In this document: piece by piece, positions 49,040 to 62,136 of the stretch | Layout: each line of letters opens with the position of its first letter | Numbering within the stretch: position 1 is the first letter of the stretch | DNA from: Eledone cirrhosa | Lineage: Eukaryota | Assembly: GCA_964016885.1 (NCBI GenBank) | Contig: OZ024744.1 | Location: 45,260,001-45,324,000 of the forward strand | Length of the DNA: 64,000 bases | Reading direction: 5' to 3' | Made by a program: the position numbers and the translations under genes | Notes under the pieces: model-generated | Told to the model about the DNA's origin: nothing | What the model saw: only the letters and a program-made list of their open reading frames with translations | Databases searched by the model: none

Positions 49040-51905
49040 GTTAATTGAACAAGTACTTTCATGCTTTCACAATCTTCAGGTTCATGATATGTGGTGACAG
49101 TCGAGTTTGCAATTTACGTATCGAGAGAGAGAAAAAAAGGAGAGGTAGAGAAGTTACCTTGGAAGTGATTTAATTGTCCCTATATTTTGGATTTCGCATC
49201 CATCAACTGGGGGCTTTCCGGGGAGGAAAGTTTTGTTGTTGTTTTTTGTCGGAGAGGGTCAACACATGGCCTCTGTTGTTTACCGTGTGCATACATACGA
49301 CCGAACTACTCTGTAGGATGCGTGTGCGCGCGGAATAGCTGCAGTTAGACAAAGGTTGAGGCAATTCTTCTATACCAGAGTAGTGGGGCGGTGATGTGTC
49401 AATGCGTACGTATCTTCGCTGTCAATTTCTTATATTCGGTCTTTGATACTGGCAGGCATGGTGTTATTATAGGTAGTCTGCTTGCTTGTTGTCTGTCAGT
49501 CGGTGGGTGGTGGACTCGATATATACACAATAACGATCTCTCGATTGCTACTGTGTGTGTGTTGTTGTTGTTTCATTTGTTACACCAGCCATCTCGCCTC
49601 ACTTTTCTCGGATCGGTTATTTATTTGTAGTCCGAGGCGTTTGATCCAATGTGCTTCCTAGATTCTTAAAGAGCTGACGTTGTGTTCCGTCGCTAACACT
49701 ATGACAATGGGCTTTCCGTCTTTGTTTCTGCATTTGATTATGTTTCCGGAAAGACCAGGCCCTAGTGTTGATGTGTTCCTTGATCTGGACATGTAGTGGC
49801 CAGATGGTGCTACTGATGTAGAAGACGTTACACTTGTCACATTCTACCTTGTATACGACGTACGTGCGTAAGCAACAGTTCCTCTGGCACATCGGACAGT
49901 TGCTGAGGGAATACGCGTCAGCCAATTTTTCTGGTTTCCTGGAGAGGCATCTCCGTAGGGAGGGCCCCGAGTGGGCCAAGTAGATGTCGAGACCCTCCCT
50001 CCGTATGGCTCTGTGGATAGCGTTGGTGCTTTTCTCGCCCAGGTGCAGGATTTTAAGGAAGCACTTGCCTTGGGTGTTTCTATGCCTCTTTGGTCTGGTG
50101 TCCCTTATTCTGCTTGTAAATGATGTTGGGTATCCATTCGTCCCCCAGCACCATGTGGAACCGCTTGGTATGGGCGACAACACTCACGGGATCTCTGAAT
50201 CTATTTTTAATCCGCATGATCCCGTTCGTGATGTACCCTCTTTTAGCACTCTTAGTGAGGGCAGATTTGTAGTAGACGAACAAGTCCCTACAGGCTGCCT
50301 TGCGGTAGAAGTTGGTGTTGATCCCTCCATGCTCTGTGATGTTGATTCGGAAGTCGAGGAGGGCAAGGGACCCGTCGTCATTGGGGTGTTCAACACTGAA
50401 GTCAATATTCTCGTCCGTGTTGCTGAATGTCTCGTAAATACCTTTTGCTATCTCCTGGGAAGATGTGAAGATGAGGATATCGTCCACGTATCTTGAGAAG
50501 AAGGCGACGGCGTTGGGGTGGCAGGTTCTGAGTGCCTTGCGTTCGAAGTTGTCCATGTACAAGATCACTAGCACACCTGACAGTCTTGAGCCCTTGGGCA
50601 GCCCTAAGGTCTGTTGGTATGTTTGGTCGAGAAAATTGAAATATGTGTTGTCAACGACAACGGATAGGAGCTGGTGGATGTCAGTGGAGGTAAGCTCGAA
50701 GCAGTGTACGTTGGTGGACTGGACACATTCTGGCAGTCTGCCGACGGCCGGGACCGAGGCTTAGAGGGCGACAACATCAAGGCTGAAGGCGTACCTGTTA
50801 GCCTTTTGGGTGTCGGTATCCATTTGGTGTAGACGCTCCACCACTTCCTCGGAACTGTTGACGTGTCCCGGCAAGGTGTTCAGTAGGGGTTTAAATATTT
50901 TGACTAGAAGCCATGAAATTTTGTAGAGCGGTCCTTCCACGCTCAATACAATAGGCCTGATTTTCAGGTCGGGTCCCTGTTTGTGGGTTTTCACGAGGTG
51001 ATAGAAGGCGTGTAGTCTGCTGTTCCTTGTGAGGAGGTTGTTTTTAAGCTACTTCGGGAGGTTCTGCCAGTCGCACATGTTGGTCCAGGCGGTGCTGATG
51101 TGCTCCTCGATCTGCGCGGGAGTGATCCTGTGACTTTAGAGTAGAGACTGTCATCGTCAAGGTGTTGGAGGGCTAGAGTGTTTTAGGCCTCTCTGCTGAT
51201 GACGCTAAATTCTTTTCCCTTGTCAAGGGGGAGGTAGATGAGGTCCTCGATTTCATGTTGGAGAGAGTGGTGAGTTGAGATTTAGTGAGGATGTGTGTTG
51301 TGCGTGTGTGTGTTTATGTAGGATTTCAGAGATGGAATGTTTCAACCTGATGAGTTTCGTGTCGAGTTTGTGGTTGGTAGGTGGGGATTGAATGGCTTTA
51401 TTAAGTGGAGAACTTGGGGCGGGTTGTGTGGGTGCCGTCATTCTCCGTGGTGCTGTTGATGGCGGTCACCCATTTAAGCTGGTAGGCGATTTGGCACAAG
51501 TTGGCTTCGATGTCGATGTTAAGTCTTTCATCAAGCCGCTAGGTGACGATGAACTTGGGACCGAAGCGTAGGAGTTCCAGCTCGTCCTTCCCTTACGGAT
51601 GCAAACAATTCCTGGCTCAGGTGTAGGGATAAGAGAGATTTGAAGTTTACTTGAAGGATTGTAGAATAATAAAATTGGTCGTTTTGGAAGCCTCAACAAT
51701 GCAGATGGGTAAATCTCCGGGTAACTGAACTACTATGTAGGGCGGGCGTGCGTGCAGAATAGCTACAGTCAGACAAAGGTCGAGGCAGTTCTTCTATACC
51801 AGAGTAGTGGGGATGGTGATGTGTCAATGCGTGCGCATCTTCGCTGTCAATTTCTTATATTCGGTCTTTGATACTGGCAGATATGGTGTTATTATAGGTA
51901 GTCTG
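49040..51905 (-). mobile_element. Penelope-like element 3 (RT + GIY-YIG) with direct terminal repeats
   Basis: KTHK...IRPIV, FSLDVVAL, FSRYVDD, VVYKVECDKC motifs; repeat 49303-49480 = 51727-51905. Confidence 0.88.
49046..49084 (-). ncRNA. Minimal type I hammerhead ribozyme
   Basis: Minus strand: TGAAC-CTGAAGA-TTGTGAAAGCAT-GAAA-GTAC-TT-GTTCA; stem I TGAAC/GTTCA; palindromic stem III AGTACT. Confidence 0.8.
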
Positions 51906-52334
51906 CCAAAACGTGGTGCCAAGCGGTATCGGCTGGTGACGCGGTCCTGACTTTATCCATCTCTATATCCACTCTGAATCTATCAAAGTATTCAGTACTC
52001 CCAAGTTTAGAGGGTTCAGCGGTATCAGCATCGCACACACCTTCGATGTATATATGTAAATATGTCTTTACAAAGACACACAGTTATATAAATACACCAG
52101 TACACATATACACACAGACTCGCACACAAAAATAAACACACACACAAAATTAGACAAAAGCTAACAGAGATTCCGACCAGAACATTCCAGAACAGACCTT
52201 CTGAGTACCAAGTCCCAATAGGAAAAAGCAATCTTGACATGAGGAGGTGTATGTTATAGATATTTACAGAAACAAATGTTCCACGATATACAATGTAAAC
52301 AAAACACAGGCTAGATCAAGGTCAGATACACAAC

Positions 52335-55300
52335 AACCTACTACAATATATCACATCACACTACAATATATCACATGACACTACCATATATCACACTACA
52401 CTACACTATATCACACCATGCTACAATATACCACACCACATTACAATATATCACACCACACTACAATATATCAAATCACACTACACTATACCACACCATA
52501 CTACATTATACCACACCACACTACAATATATCACACCACACTACGATATATCACACCAAACTACAGTATACCACACCACACTACAATATATCACACCAAA
52601 CTACACTATATCACACCATACTACAATATACCACACCACATTACAATATACCACACCACACTACAATATACCACACTACACTACACTATATCACATCACA
52701 CTACAGTATACCACACCGCAATACAGTATACCACACCAAACTACAGTATACCACACCACACAACAATATTTCACACCATACTACACTATAACACCAGACT
52801 ATACTATTCCACTCCACACTACACTTTAACACTCCACACTGCAATATATCACATCACACTACACTACATCACACTACACTACAATATACCACACCACACT
52901 ACACTATACCACTCCCCACTACAATATACCACACCATACTACAATATACCACTCCACACTACATTATACCACACCACACTACAAAATATCACACTACACT
53001 ACAATATACCACTCCACACTACAATATACCACACCACACTTCAATATACCACACCACACTACAATATATCATTCTACACTACAATATACCACTCCACACT
53101 ACAATATACCACACCACACTATAATATATCACATGACACTACACTATATCACATCACACTACAATATACCACACCACACTACAATATATAACACTATACT
53201 ACAATATACCACTCTACACTACAATATATCACAGTACACTCAATATACCACTCAACAGTACAATATATCACACCACGCTACAATATATCACATTGCATTA
53301 CAATATATCACAGCACATTACAATATATTACATAACACTGCAATATACAACTCCACACTACACTATACAACGCCACACTACAATATACCACATCACACTA
53401 CAATATACCACACAACACTACACTATACCACACCACACTACAATATACCACACCACACTACAATATATCACACTATAATACAATATACCACTCCACAGTA
53501 CAATATATCACACCACACTACAATATATCACACTACATTAGAATATATCACATAACATTACATAACACTGCAATATACAACTCCACACTACACTATACAA
53601 CGCCACACTACAATATACCACACCACACTACAATATACTACACCACACTAATATATATCACACCGCACTACAATATATCACATCATACTACAATATATCA
53701 CACTACACTACAATATATCACACCACACTGCAATATGTCGACATTACTCTACACTATACCACTCCATGTTACAATATACCACATCACACTACAATATACC
53801 ACACCACACTACAATATATCACATCATACTACAATATACCACACCGCACTACAATATGCTAATTCATACTGCAATATATCACACTACAATATACCACACC
53901 ACACTACAATATACCACACCACACTACAATATACCACTCCACACTACAATATCCCACTCCACACTACAATATAGCACACCACACTACAATATATCACACT
54001 AAACTACAATATACCACACCACACAACAATATACCACACCACACTACACTATACCACTCCACACTACAATATACCACACCACACTACAATATACCACACC
54101 ATACTACACTATCCCACACCACATTACACTATACCACACCATACTACACTATATCCCTCCACACTCGAATATACCACACCACACTACAATATACTACTCC
54201 ACACTACAATATACCACACCACACTAAAATATACCACACCACACTACAATATATCACACTACACTACAATATACCACAATATACCACACCACACTACAAT
54301 ACACCACACCACACTACAATATACCACACTACAATATATCAAACTACACTGCAATATACCACTCCACACGACAATATACCACACCACACTACACTATAGC
54401 ACACCACACTACAATATACCACACTACAATATACCACACCACACGACAATATATCAAACTACACTGCAATATACCACACCACACTACAATATACCACACC
54501 ACACTACACTATACCATACCACACTACAATATACCAAACCAGACTACAATATACCACTCCACACTACAATATATCAAACTACACTAAAATATACTACACC
54601 ACACTATAATATACCACTCCACACTACACTATACCACCCCACACTACAATATATCACACTACACTACAATATACCACACCACACTACACTATACCATACC
54701 ACACTACAATATACCAAACCAGACTACAATATACCACTCCACACTACAATATATCAAACTACACTAAAATATACTACACCACACTACAATATATCACTCC
54801 ACTCTACACTATACCACACCACACTACAATATATCACACTACACTACGATATACCACACCACACTAAAATATACCACACCATACTACAATATACCAGACC
54901 ACACTACAATATATCACACTACACTACAATATATCACACTACACTACAATATACCACACCACGCTACAATTTACCGCACCACACTACACTATAGCACACC
55001 ACGCTACAACATTCATTACATTAACATATGGCAAAACACACTACTATATACCACACCACACTACAACATACCACACCACACTACAATATATCACACCACA
55101 CTACAATATATCACACCACACTACAATATACCACACCACACTACAATATACCAGACCACAGCTCTGTACTATATACCCCGCCACACGATAGTATACCATA
55201 ATGCACTACGATATACCATGCAACACTATAATATACCACACCACACAACAGTATTCCACACTACACTACCATATACCATACCAAACTACAATATCCCACA

Positions 55301-55573
55301 CCACACTGCAGTATAGCACACCACACTACAATAGACCACACCACACTACACAATACTACAATATACCACACCATACTACACAATATCATACCACACTACA
55401 ATATGCCGCATCCAACTTCAGCATAACACGGCAAACAGCAGTATACCACACTCCACTACAGTATACCACAACACATGACAATATACCACACCTCACTATA
55501 ATATACCATACCTCAATATAATACACCACAGCACGTTGCAATATACAACACCACACTACAATATACCACACCA
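52335..55573. repeat. ~3.2-kb minisatellite, 20-bp consensus ACTACAATATACCACACCAC
   Basis: Directly visible periodicity; explains the H/T/Y/I-rich pseudo-ORFs. Confidence 0.95.
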
Positions 55574-58500
55574 TCTATATATATAAAAATGAAAATATCT
55601 GTCTGTCTGTCTGTGTATGTGTGTGTGCGTGTGTGTCTGTTCCGCAACAACATGTGATACGCATGGTAGATTTTCAAACTTATTTTTGTAATCAACCACA
55701 AATTCATCATGGCTGGCCGGCACGCCATTGCGAATGATCGGCTCCTCCTTTGTCTTGGTAAAAAACTATAAAACTGACTATAGGTACGACTTTGCACAGA
55801 AAAAAATCTCTATATCTATAAAAATGAAAAAGAAAGAGTGAGTGTGAAAGAAACAGACACACTACAAGAGGGGATGGCGGGAGAGAGAGCGACAGACGCT
55901 GTGTTTGATACATGACAGTGGAAGAGGGGAAGGAAAGCTATAACTAATTAACATGTGTGCGCGTGTGTGTGAGTTCGTGCAGCGTTCCAGTAAGAGTTAA
56001 ATCTATTAACATGTGTGTGTACGTGCACACGTGCGTGAGTTTGCGTGCGTCTGAGCGTTTGCGTGCGTGAGTGTGTGTGTGATCGTTCACAACAATTATT
56101 CAACCAATTTGCTGTAGACATGGCCCCGAAAATGGAGACTGAACGACTGTGCCTCATGAGATTAAACCAGACAAAACTACGCTGCGACGATTACATTCAC
56201 CTACGTGATGAAATGAACAATAATGAAAACCCAGATAACATTGGAAAAGTTTGCATTTTACCTTCAACCTTCGAAGGAAGTCCCCGTTGTGTGCATTCAA
56301 GAACTCAGGACGCGATGACGTATGTGCGCGAGTACGGCAACCTAGACCTATTTATTACTTTTACATGCAATCCTTCGTGGCAAGAAATTGCCCATGAACT
56401 CCTTCCAGGACAACATCTCAGCGGTCGCCATGACCTCTCATCCAGAGTCTTCGAGCTAAAAGTATACAAATTAATGGACCTTATCACAAAGGGCGTGTGC
56501 AATGTTACATGTACACAATTGAATGGGAGAAGCGGGGACTCCCCCTTGCTCACATTCTTATTTGGTTGTCGACAAAAATCAGAGCAGACGACATCGACAA
56601 GATTATATCCGCAGACCTTCTAAACCCGCAAACTGACAAACCCTATTCGACAGGGTTACGGCGCACATGGTTCACGCTCCTTGTGGATGTGGCTTCAAAT
56701 CTAACTCCCCGTGTTTGAACAACGGTATTAGCGGAGAACTCGTGTGTATGAATGTAACAAGGAGACATGGTTTGTGTGTATAATATTTAATCAACAATTT
56801 AACAGTATAGTTGACATGTCAATGAATAAACGAAAGAATGAAGCAAAGTTAGTAGTTACCGTTTTGATTGCCAGGCAAATGCAGGCTGGCAGAAGACGCC
56901 TGGCGAAGGCCAGGCGCAGGAAGGGCAAATGAGAGAGTGAGAACTTAAAGTTGTTAGTTTTATAGGGTTCTGACCGGAAGTTACAGAAAGGGTTTTACTT
57001 CCCGTCTTGATGTTGTTAATCTATTGGGGTTGTGAGTCACAACAAGGGAGGCAACTGCTACATAACCTCCCGCCAGAATTTTAGAATATAAAAATCGAAT
57101 GAAATATGTAGCAAGTTGGCGAGAATGTTGTAACAAGCATGAAAATTACGACAAAAGAATGTTTGCAAAAATCAATGATAGATGTCAAGGTAGCCAACCG
57201 CTCGTGGCCAGAGAACGACTAGACATCTATCTATCCATCACCCAAAGATACAATGTAATAAAGTAAGAGAAGAGCTCAAAGTTCAAATGTACAAAATATA
57301 GTTCACAGGTGTGCAATCACATGACAGCAGGAAAGAAAGTGTGTTCCAGAGAATGAATGCAAGTGGTTTCTGTTCTGTGGTATATCGTGAAATTTCCAAC
57401 CTCCGAATGGATTTTCTCATAGAAAGAGTGCTGCAAAAATAAATTCTCTGGCTTGTTCTGCTGGTTTTGGTTGTTGTTGAAGCTGTGTTGTTGTTGATGT
57501 TGTTGTCTCGCGGAGTGAGCGTATTCGGTGTTTAACTTCACAGTAAAAAAAAAATTTTATCGGAAAAAATGAGTTGCGCAAAGTGCTAGAAATAACAGCC
57601 GAAGTTGATGGTCGATGTTGAGAATGCGTTGACCTGGAAGGGTCAAGAGGCCAGCGACCAAAGAAATAAGCATTCTGAATAAATGCGCAGTTTTCAACGG
57701 CAAATTTACGTGGTAAAATTTTAAACCGGCAAATAGGAGAATATAGCTTAAGGCTGAAGAATCCTTGGCGAGAAACGTTATCTCTGGCGTGCGGCTATCT
57801 CTGTGAGTCGAGATATCTCTGTGAGTTGAGAATTTGTGCTGCCTACACGTGCCAATACAAGGTTAAGTTAGGTTGAAAAAATAATATTTCTACCGCGCGA
57901 GAAAATTATAGTGCAAGTGTGAAAGTGACAATGATGAAAAAGAAAGGCTTCAATCAGCATAATTATTGGTGTGAATTTTGAAAAAAAACTTGAACGATGA
58001 AGAAAACGATGAAAAAAAAAAAGCAATGGTTCATCGAAAATAAATGTTCCTGTTGAAATGTTCTCAAAAAAAAAAAAATATCAAATTTCTTTTTTTTTTT
58101 TTTCTTTGAAAGTGTTCGTTGTATGAAACGAGAAACATATATATATCGTGAAATGCGACAGTTAGTTGATGCGTGAGAGAAAAAGTCTGTCTGAACGCGA
58201 ATTTCACATGTGCGTGGTGTGTTCGTTTCTTGGAGAAACATATGTATATATCGTGAAATGCGACAGTTAGTTGATGTGTGAGAGAAAAAGTCTGTCTGCA
58301 CGAAAGTTTCGCATGTGCGTGTGTGCGTTTCTTTGACTGAGTATTTTCATAGTTTGTCAATAAATTTTCTGTGTATTCGTAATGTTACTCACACGACACC
58401 AGATTCTGCTTTTTTTTTCTTTTTTCGGGGTGACCACTTATAACAATGAACGGCTGCGTGTTCGTATCACGTCAGGGTCACCAATATAGCAGAGAATTAG

Positions 58501-60860
58501 TGTGTAGTATGAAATGTAACAAGGAGACATGGTTTGTGTGTATAATATGTAATCAACAATTTAACAGTATAGTTGACATGTCAATGAATAAACGAAAGAA
58601 TGAAGCAAAGTTAGTAGTTACCGTTTTGATTGCCAGGCAAACGCAGGCTGGCAGAAGACGCCAAGGCCAGGCGCCGGAAGGGCAAATGAGAGAGTGAGAA
58701 CTTAAAGTTGTTAGTTTTATAGGGTTCTGACCGGAAGTTACAGAAAGGGTTCTACTTCCCGTCTAGATGTTGTTAATCTATTGGGGTTGTGAGTCACAAC
58801 AAGGGAGGCAACTGCTACAGGTATTTGCTCCAAAAAATACCCAAAAGCCTTCCTTCGCGAAACTCCAACTGCTGATGACGGATACCCATCATACAGACGA
58901 AGGAGCCCTGAGGACGGAGGATTAACAGCACTGGTTGGAAAACATGAAATTGACAACCGATAGATTGTACCGTACTGCCTATTACTACTCAAGGCGTTCA
59001 ACTCCCACATAAATGTTGAATGGTGCAACTCTATTAAATCAATCAAATATGTCTGAGAACTGTTGATGGCCAAATTTGCGACGACACGTACAGAGAGGCC
59101 TGCCTTAGGCGTGGACTACTGGAAGATGGTGCTCAGTGGGATGCCATTTTGGCAGAAGCAGTTGTTTCACAAATGCCACACAGGCTTAGGAAGCTTTTTG
59201 CTGTCTTACTGTAGATTTGTGAATTGCCCGATCCTTCCTTCTTGTGGCTCAAGTACAGAGATGACCTCTCTGAGGACTTCAGACATCAATCACAATTACA
59301 ACTTCCTGGCATAGAAGTAGGCTTCACAGATGAAATCTACAACAAAGCACTTATTGAAATTGAAAATATGATTGCTGCAATGGGTGGGAATGCACTGCAG
59401 GCATATAGCCTGCCCCAAACCAACAGAACAGGCTCCGACGTCATTTTCGCAGAAATACTTCGGGAATGATCCTACGACACTGACAGATTGGCTACATATG
59501 TCACTAAGCATGAACCAATGCTGCTGCAGGAACAGGAACGAGCATATAACACTATTGCTGACTGTGTCCACCATTGTACGGGAGGAATCTTTTTCTTGGA
59601 CGCCCCTGGAAGCACAGGGAAGACTTTTGTCATACGGCTTCTCCTTGCCAAGGTTCGACAACACAGACACATAGCACTTGCTGTTGCGTCTTCCGGTATT
59701 GCAGCAAGCTTGCTTCCTGGGGGCAGGACACCACATTCAGCCTTCAAACTCCCCTCAATATGACAGCAAATGACACACCCTGCTGTAATATTACCAAAGG
59801 ATCAGAAAGGCAGAACTGCTTAAAAGGTGTGAACTTATAGTTAGGGACGAATGTACCATGGCTCATAAACGAGCTTTGGAGGCACTGGACCGGACTTTAA
59901 GAGACATAAGAGACTCCCAGGATCCCATGGGAAGCGTGATTGTCCTTTTATCCGGAGATTTTAGACAAACCCTCCCTGTTATTCCCAAAGGAACAATGGC
60001 TGATGCTATTCGAGCATGCTTAAAGTCATCTCTGATTTGGCGTTATGTCACAACATTAACGCTCTCTACGAACATGAGAGCTCGGATGCTTGGTGACCAA
60101 GTGTCATCAGATTTTGCTACTAACCTATTGACACTTGAGAACGGAAAAGTGCCACTTGATGAAGATGAAAAAATCTCCCTCGAACCGGTCTGCACTTTAG
60201 TTGAGAGTGCTGACGACTTGACAGGTGCAGTATTCCCTGAGTTGAGCACTAACTACCAAAATCCAAACTGGCTGTGCGAAAGGGCAATACTGGCTCCGAA
60301 AAATGAGACTGTCGACAAAATCAACGGACAACTGCTTAAGTCTCTTCCTACAGCTTCGTGTACATACAAGTCCATCGATACAGTCACAGACCCCATTAAC
60401 TACCCAATTGAGTTTCTTAACTCATTGAACCCCTCCGGGTTGCCATCTCATCGATTGGAACTTAAGCAAGGATGCCCAATTATGCTTTTGAGGAATCTAC
60501 ACCCACCAAAACTCTGCAACGGCACCCGCCTTACAGTAAATAAACTAACGCAAAACTTGATCGGGGCGACGATTCTCTCGGGGTGTGGAAAGGGGGAACA
60601 TGTTTTTATCCCAAGGATTCCCCTTTGTCCGTCAACATCAGAGATCCTCTTTTCATTTAGGAGGCTCCAGTTTCCACTTCGTTGTAGTTTCGCTATGACG
60701 ATAAATAAGTCTCAGGGGCAAACATTGTCCGTCGCGGGAATAAACCTAGAAGAGCCATGCTTTTCACACGGTCAGCTATACGTTGGATGTTCGAGAGTGG
60801 GAAGCAAAAGAAACCTTTATGCATTTGCTCCAAACAGTAAAACCCAAAACATTAAGTTCT
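55574..60860 (+). mobile_element. Helitron (decayed Rep + PIF1 helicase), interrupted by an LTR element
   Basis: A|TCTATATATATAAAAATG and (GTCT)n 5' end; Rep motifs FITFTCNP and EWEKRGLPLAHIL; helicase motifs DAPGSTGKT, GDFRQ, FAMTINKSQGQT, HGQLYV. Confidence 0.92.
56729..58819 (-). mobile_element. Non-autonomous LTR retroelement (LTRs 56729-57062 and 58485-58819)
   Basis: ~334-bp direct repeats ending CTGCTACA; GGTAT target-site duplication; minus-strand PBS TGGTGACCCTGACGTGAT (tRNA-Trp-like); PPT-like GGCGGGAGG. Confidence 0.88.
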
Positions 60861-60869
60861 GTAATCAAC

Positions 60870-61545
60870 ACTGCGACACAAACCGTCTTCTAACAATCAA
60901 ATACCTCGCTGCTTTCAATAATTACCAAATTGTAGACATACTGCCTTTTTGAAATTCATAACACCATACTTTTCGACTGTAAACGTTGTGACCACTTTTA
61001 GCTGCACGGTATTGAAATGCACGTTCCCCTCTGGTTGGTTGAGCCAGTTTTCCATGGATTCGCCAGCGCGTGCAGCAGACGTTGATTCACATATCTTTGT
61101 TGCCGCAGTTGACGCCGTGTTTCAGTTGATACAGCTCAAACAGCAGACGTTGACTCACAGTTCTTCGCTGCCGCAGTTGACGCTGTGTTTCGGTTGATGC
61201 AGCTCGAGCTGCGGAAGTTGCCTCAGCATTTCTATGCCACCGTAATGAATGCTGTGGTTCGTTCTCTGCATCTCCTGCAATAGACGTTGCCTCAATATTT
61301 GCTTTCTGTCGCAGTGAGGGTTGAGATTCGTTTTCTACACCTCAAGCAGCAGCAGTTGCCTCAGCATTTATTTGTTGTCGCATCGAACGTTGTGTGTCGT
61401 TTTCTGCATCTCGTGCAATAGAAGTTGCTTCAGCATTTTTCTTTTGGCGTAATAATCGCTATTCGTTATTCTCTGTTACTTTTGCAATCGAGGTTGGTGC
61501 AGAATTTGTGTTGAGGAATTTTGAGCGTCCTTAATGTTTGGTCTA
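60870..61545 (-). mobile_element. Decayed Helitron-like N-terminal ORF region (charged helical repeats) in opposite orientation
   Basis: Repeats such as NAEATSIARDAENDTQRSMRQQ followed by AFQY...GSMST-like sequence. Confidence 0.45.
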
Positions 61546-62136
61546 TGTCACTGCAATCAGTCTAAGGAAAGCAACGTCACAGTTTCTATTGGCTGCCACA
61601 AACATACAGAATGGTAAGCATTTCAAACTACATAAATCATTAGAATACCTACATATACGCAATGCATAACGAAAAATTTACATGTTTCTACTGTAGCAAA
61701 CGTATGGCACCCCCCTCATTTGTACCTTTCATTCAAAGTCGTCATACATTATCTCCGTCATCCCGCAACGACTTCAGTCCCTGAATTGCCAAACATCCTA
61801 CATTATTGTCGTAAATTCCATGTGACTCACTTTTGGGCTGCTGACTTCCTTGTGGCATAGTTCGCGTTTGGAGCTCCACCGCGTCAACCTCACACTTTTA
61901 CACTCATTTACCTTTCATATGCCATAACATTTTACCGTTTTTACATCGAACAAGACATACTTCTTATGGTTAAAAATAAATGTGTCTGATATTTATTGTG
62001 TCTATAATTGTCTCATCTTTATTGCTATGAGTGCGTGTTACAACTTGGAAATAAGACATATCTTTTGAAATAATATAATATGTATAATTGGTATTATTTG
62101 TTGTAGAATGTGCCAAAAGTAGAAACAATTATTAGT

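Noticed and set aside
52375-55574. H/T/Y/I-rich ORFs up to 257 aa
   Set aside because: Translation of a stop-poor 20-bp minisatellite in several frames.
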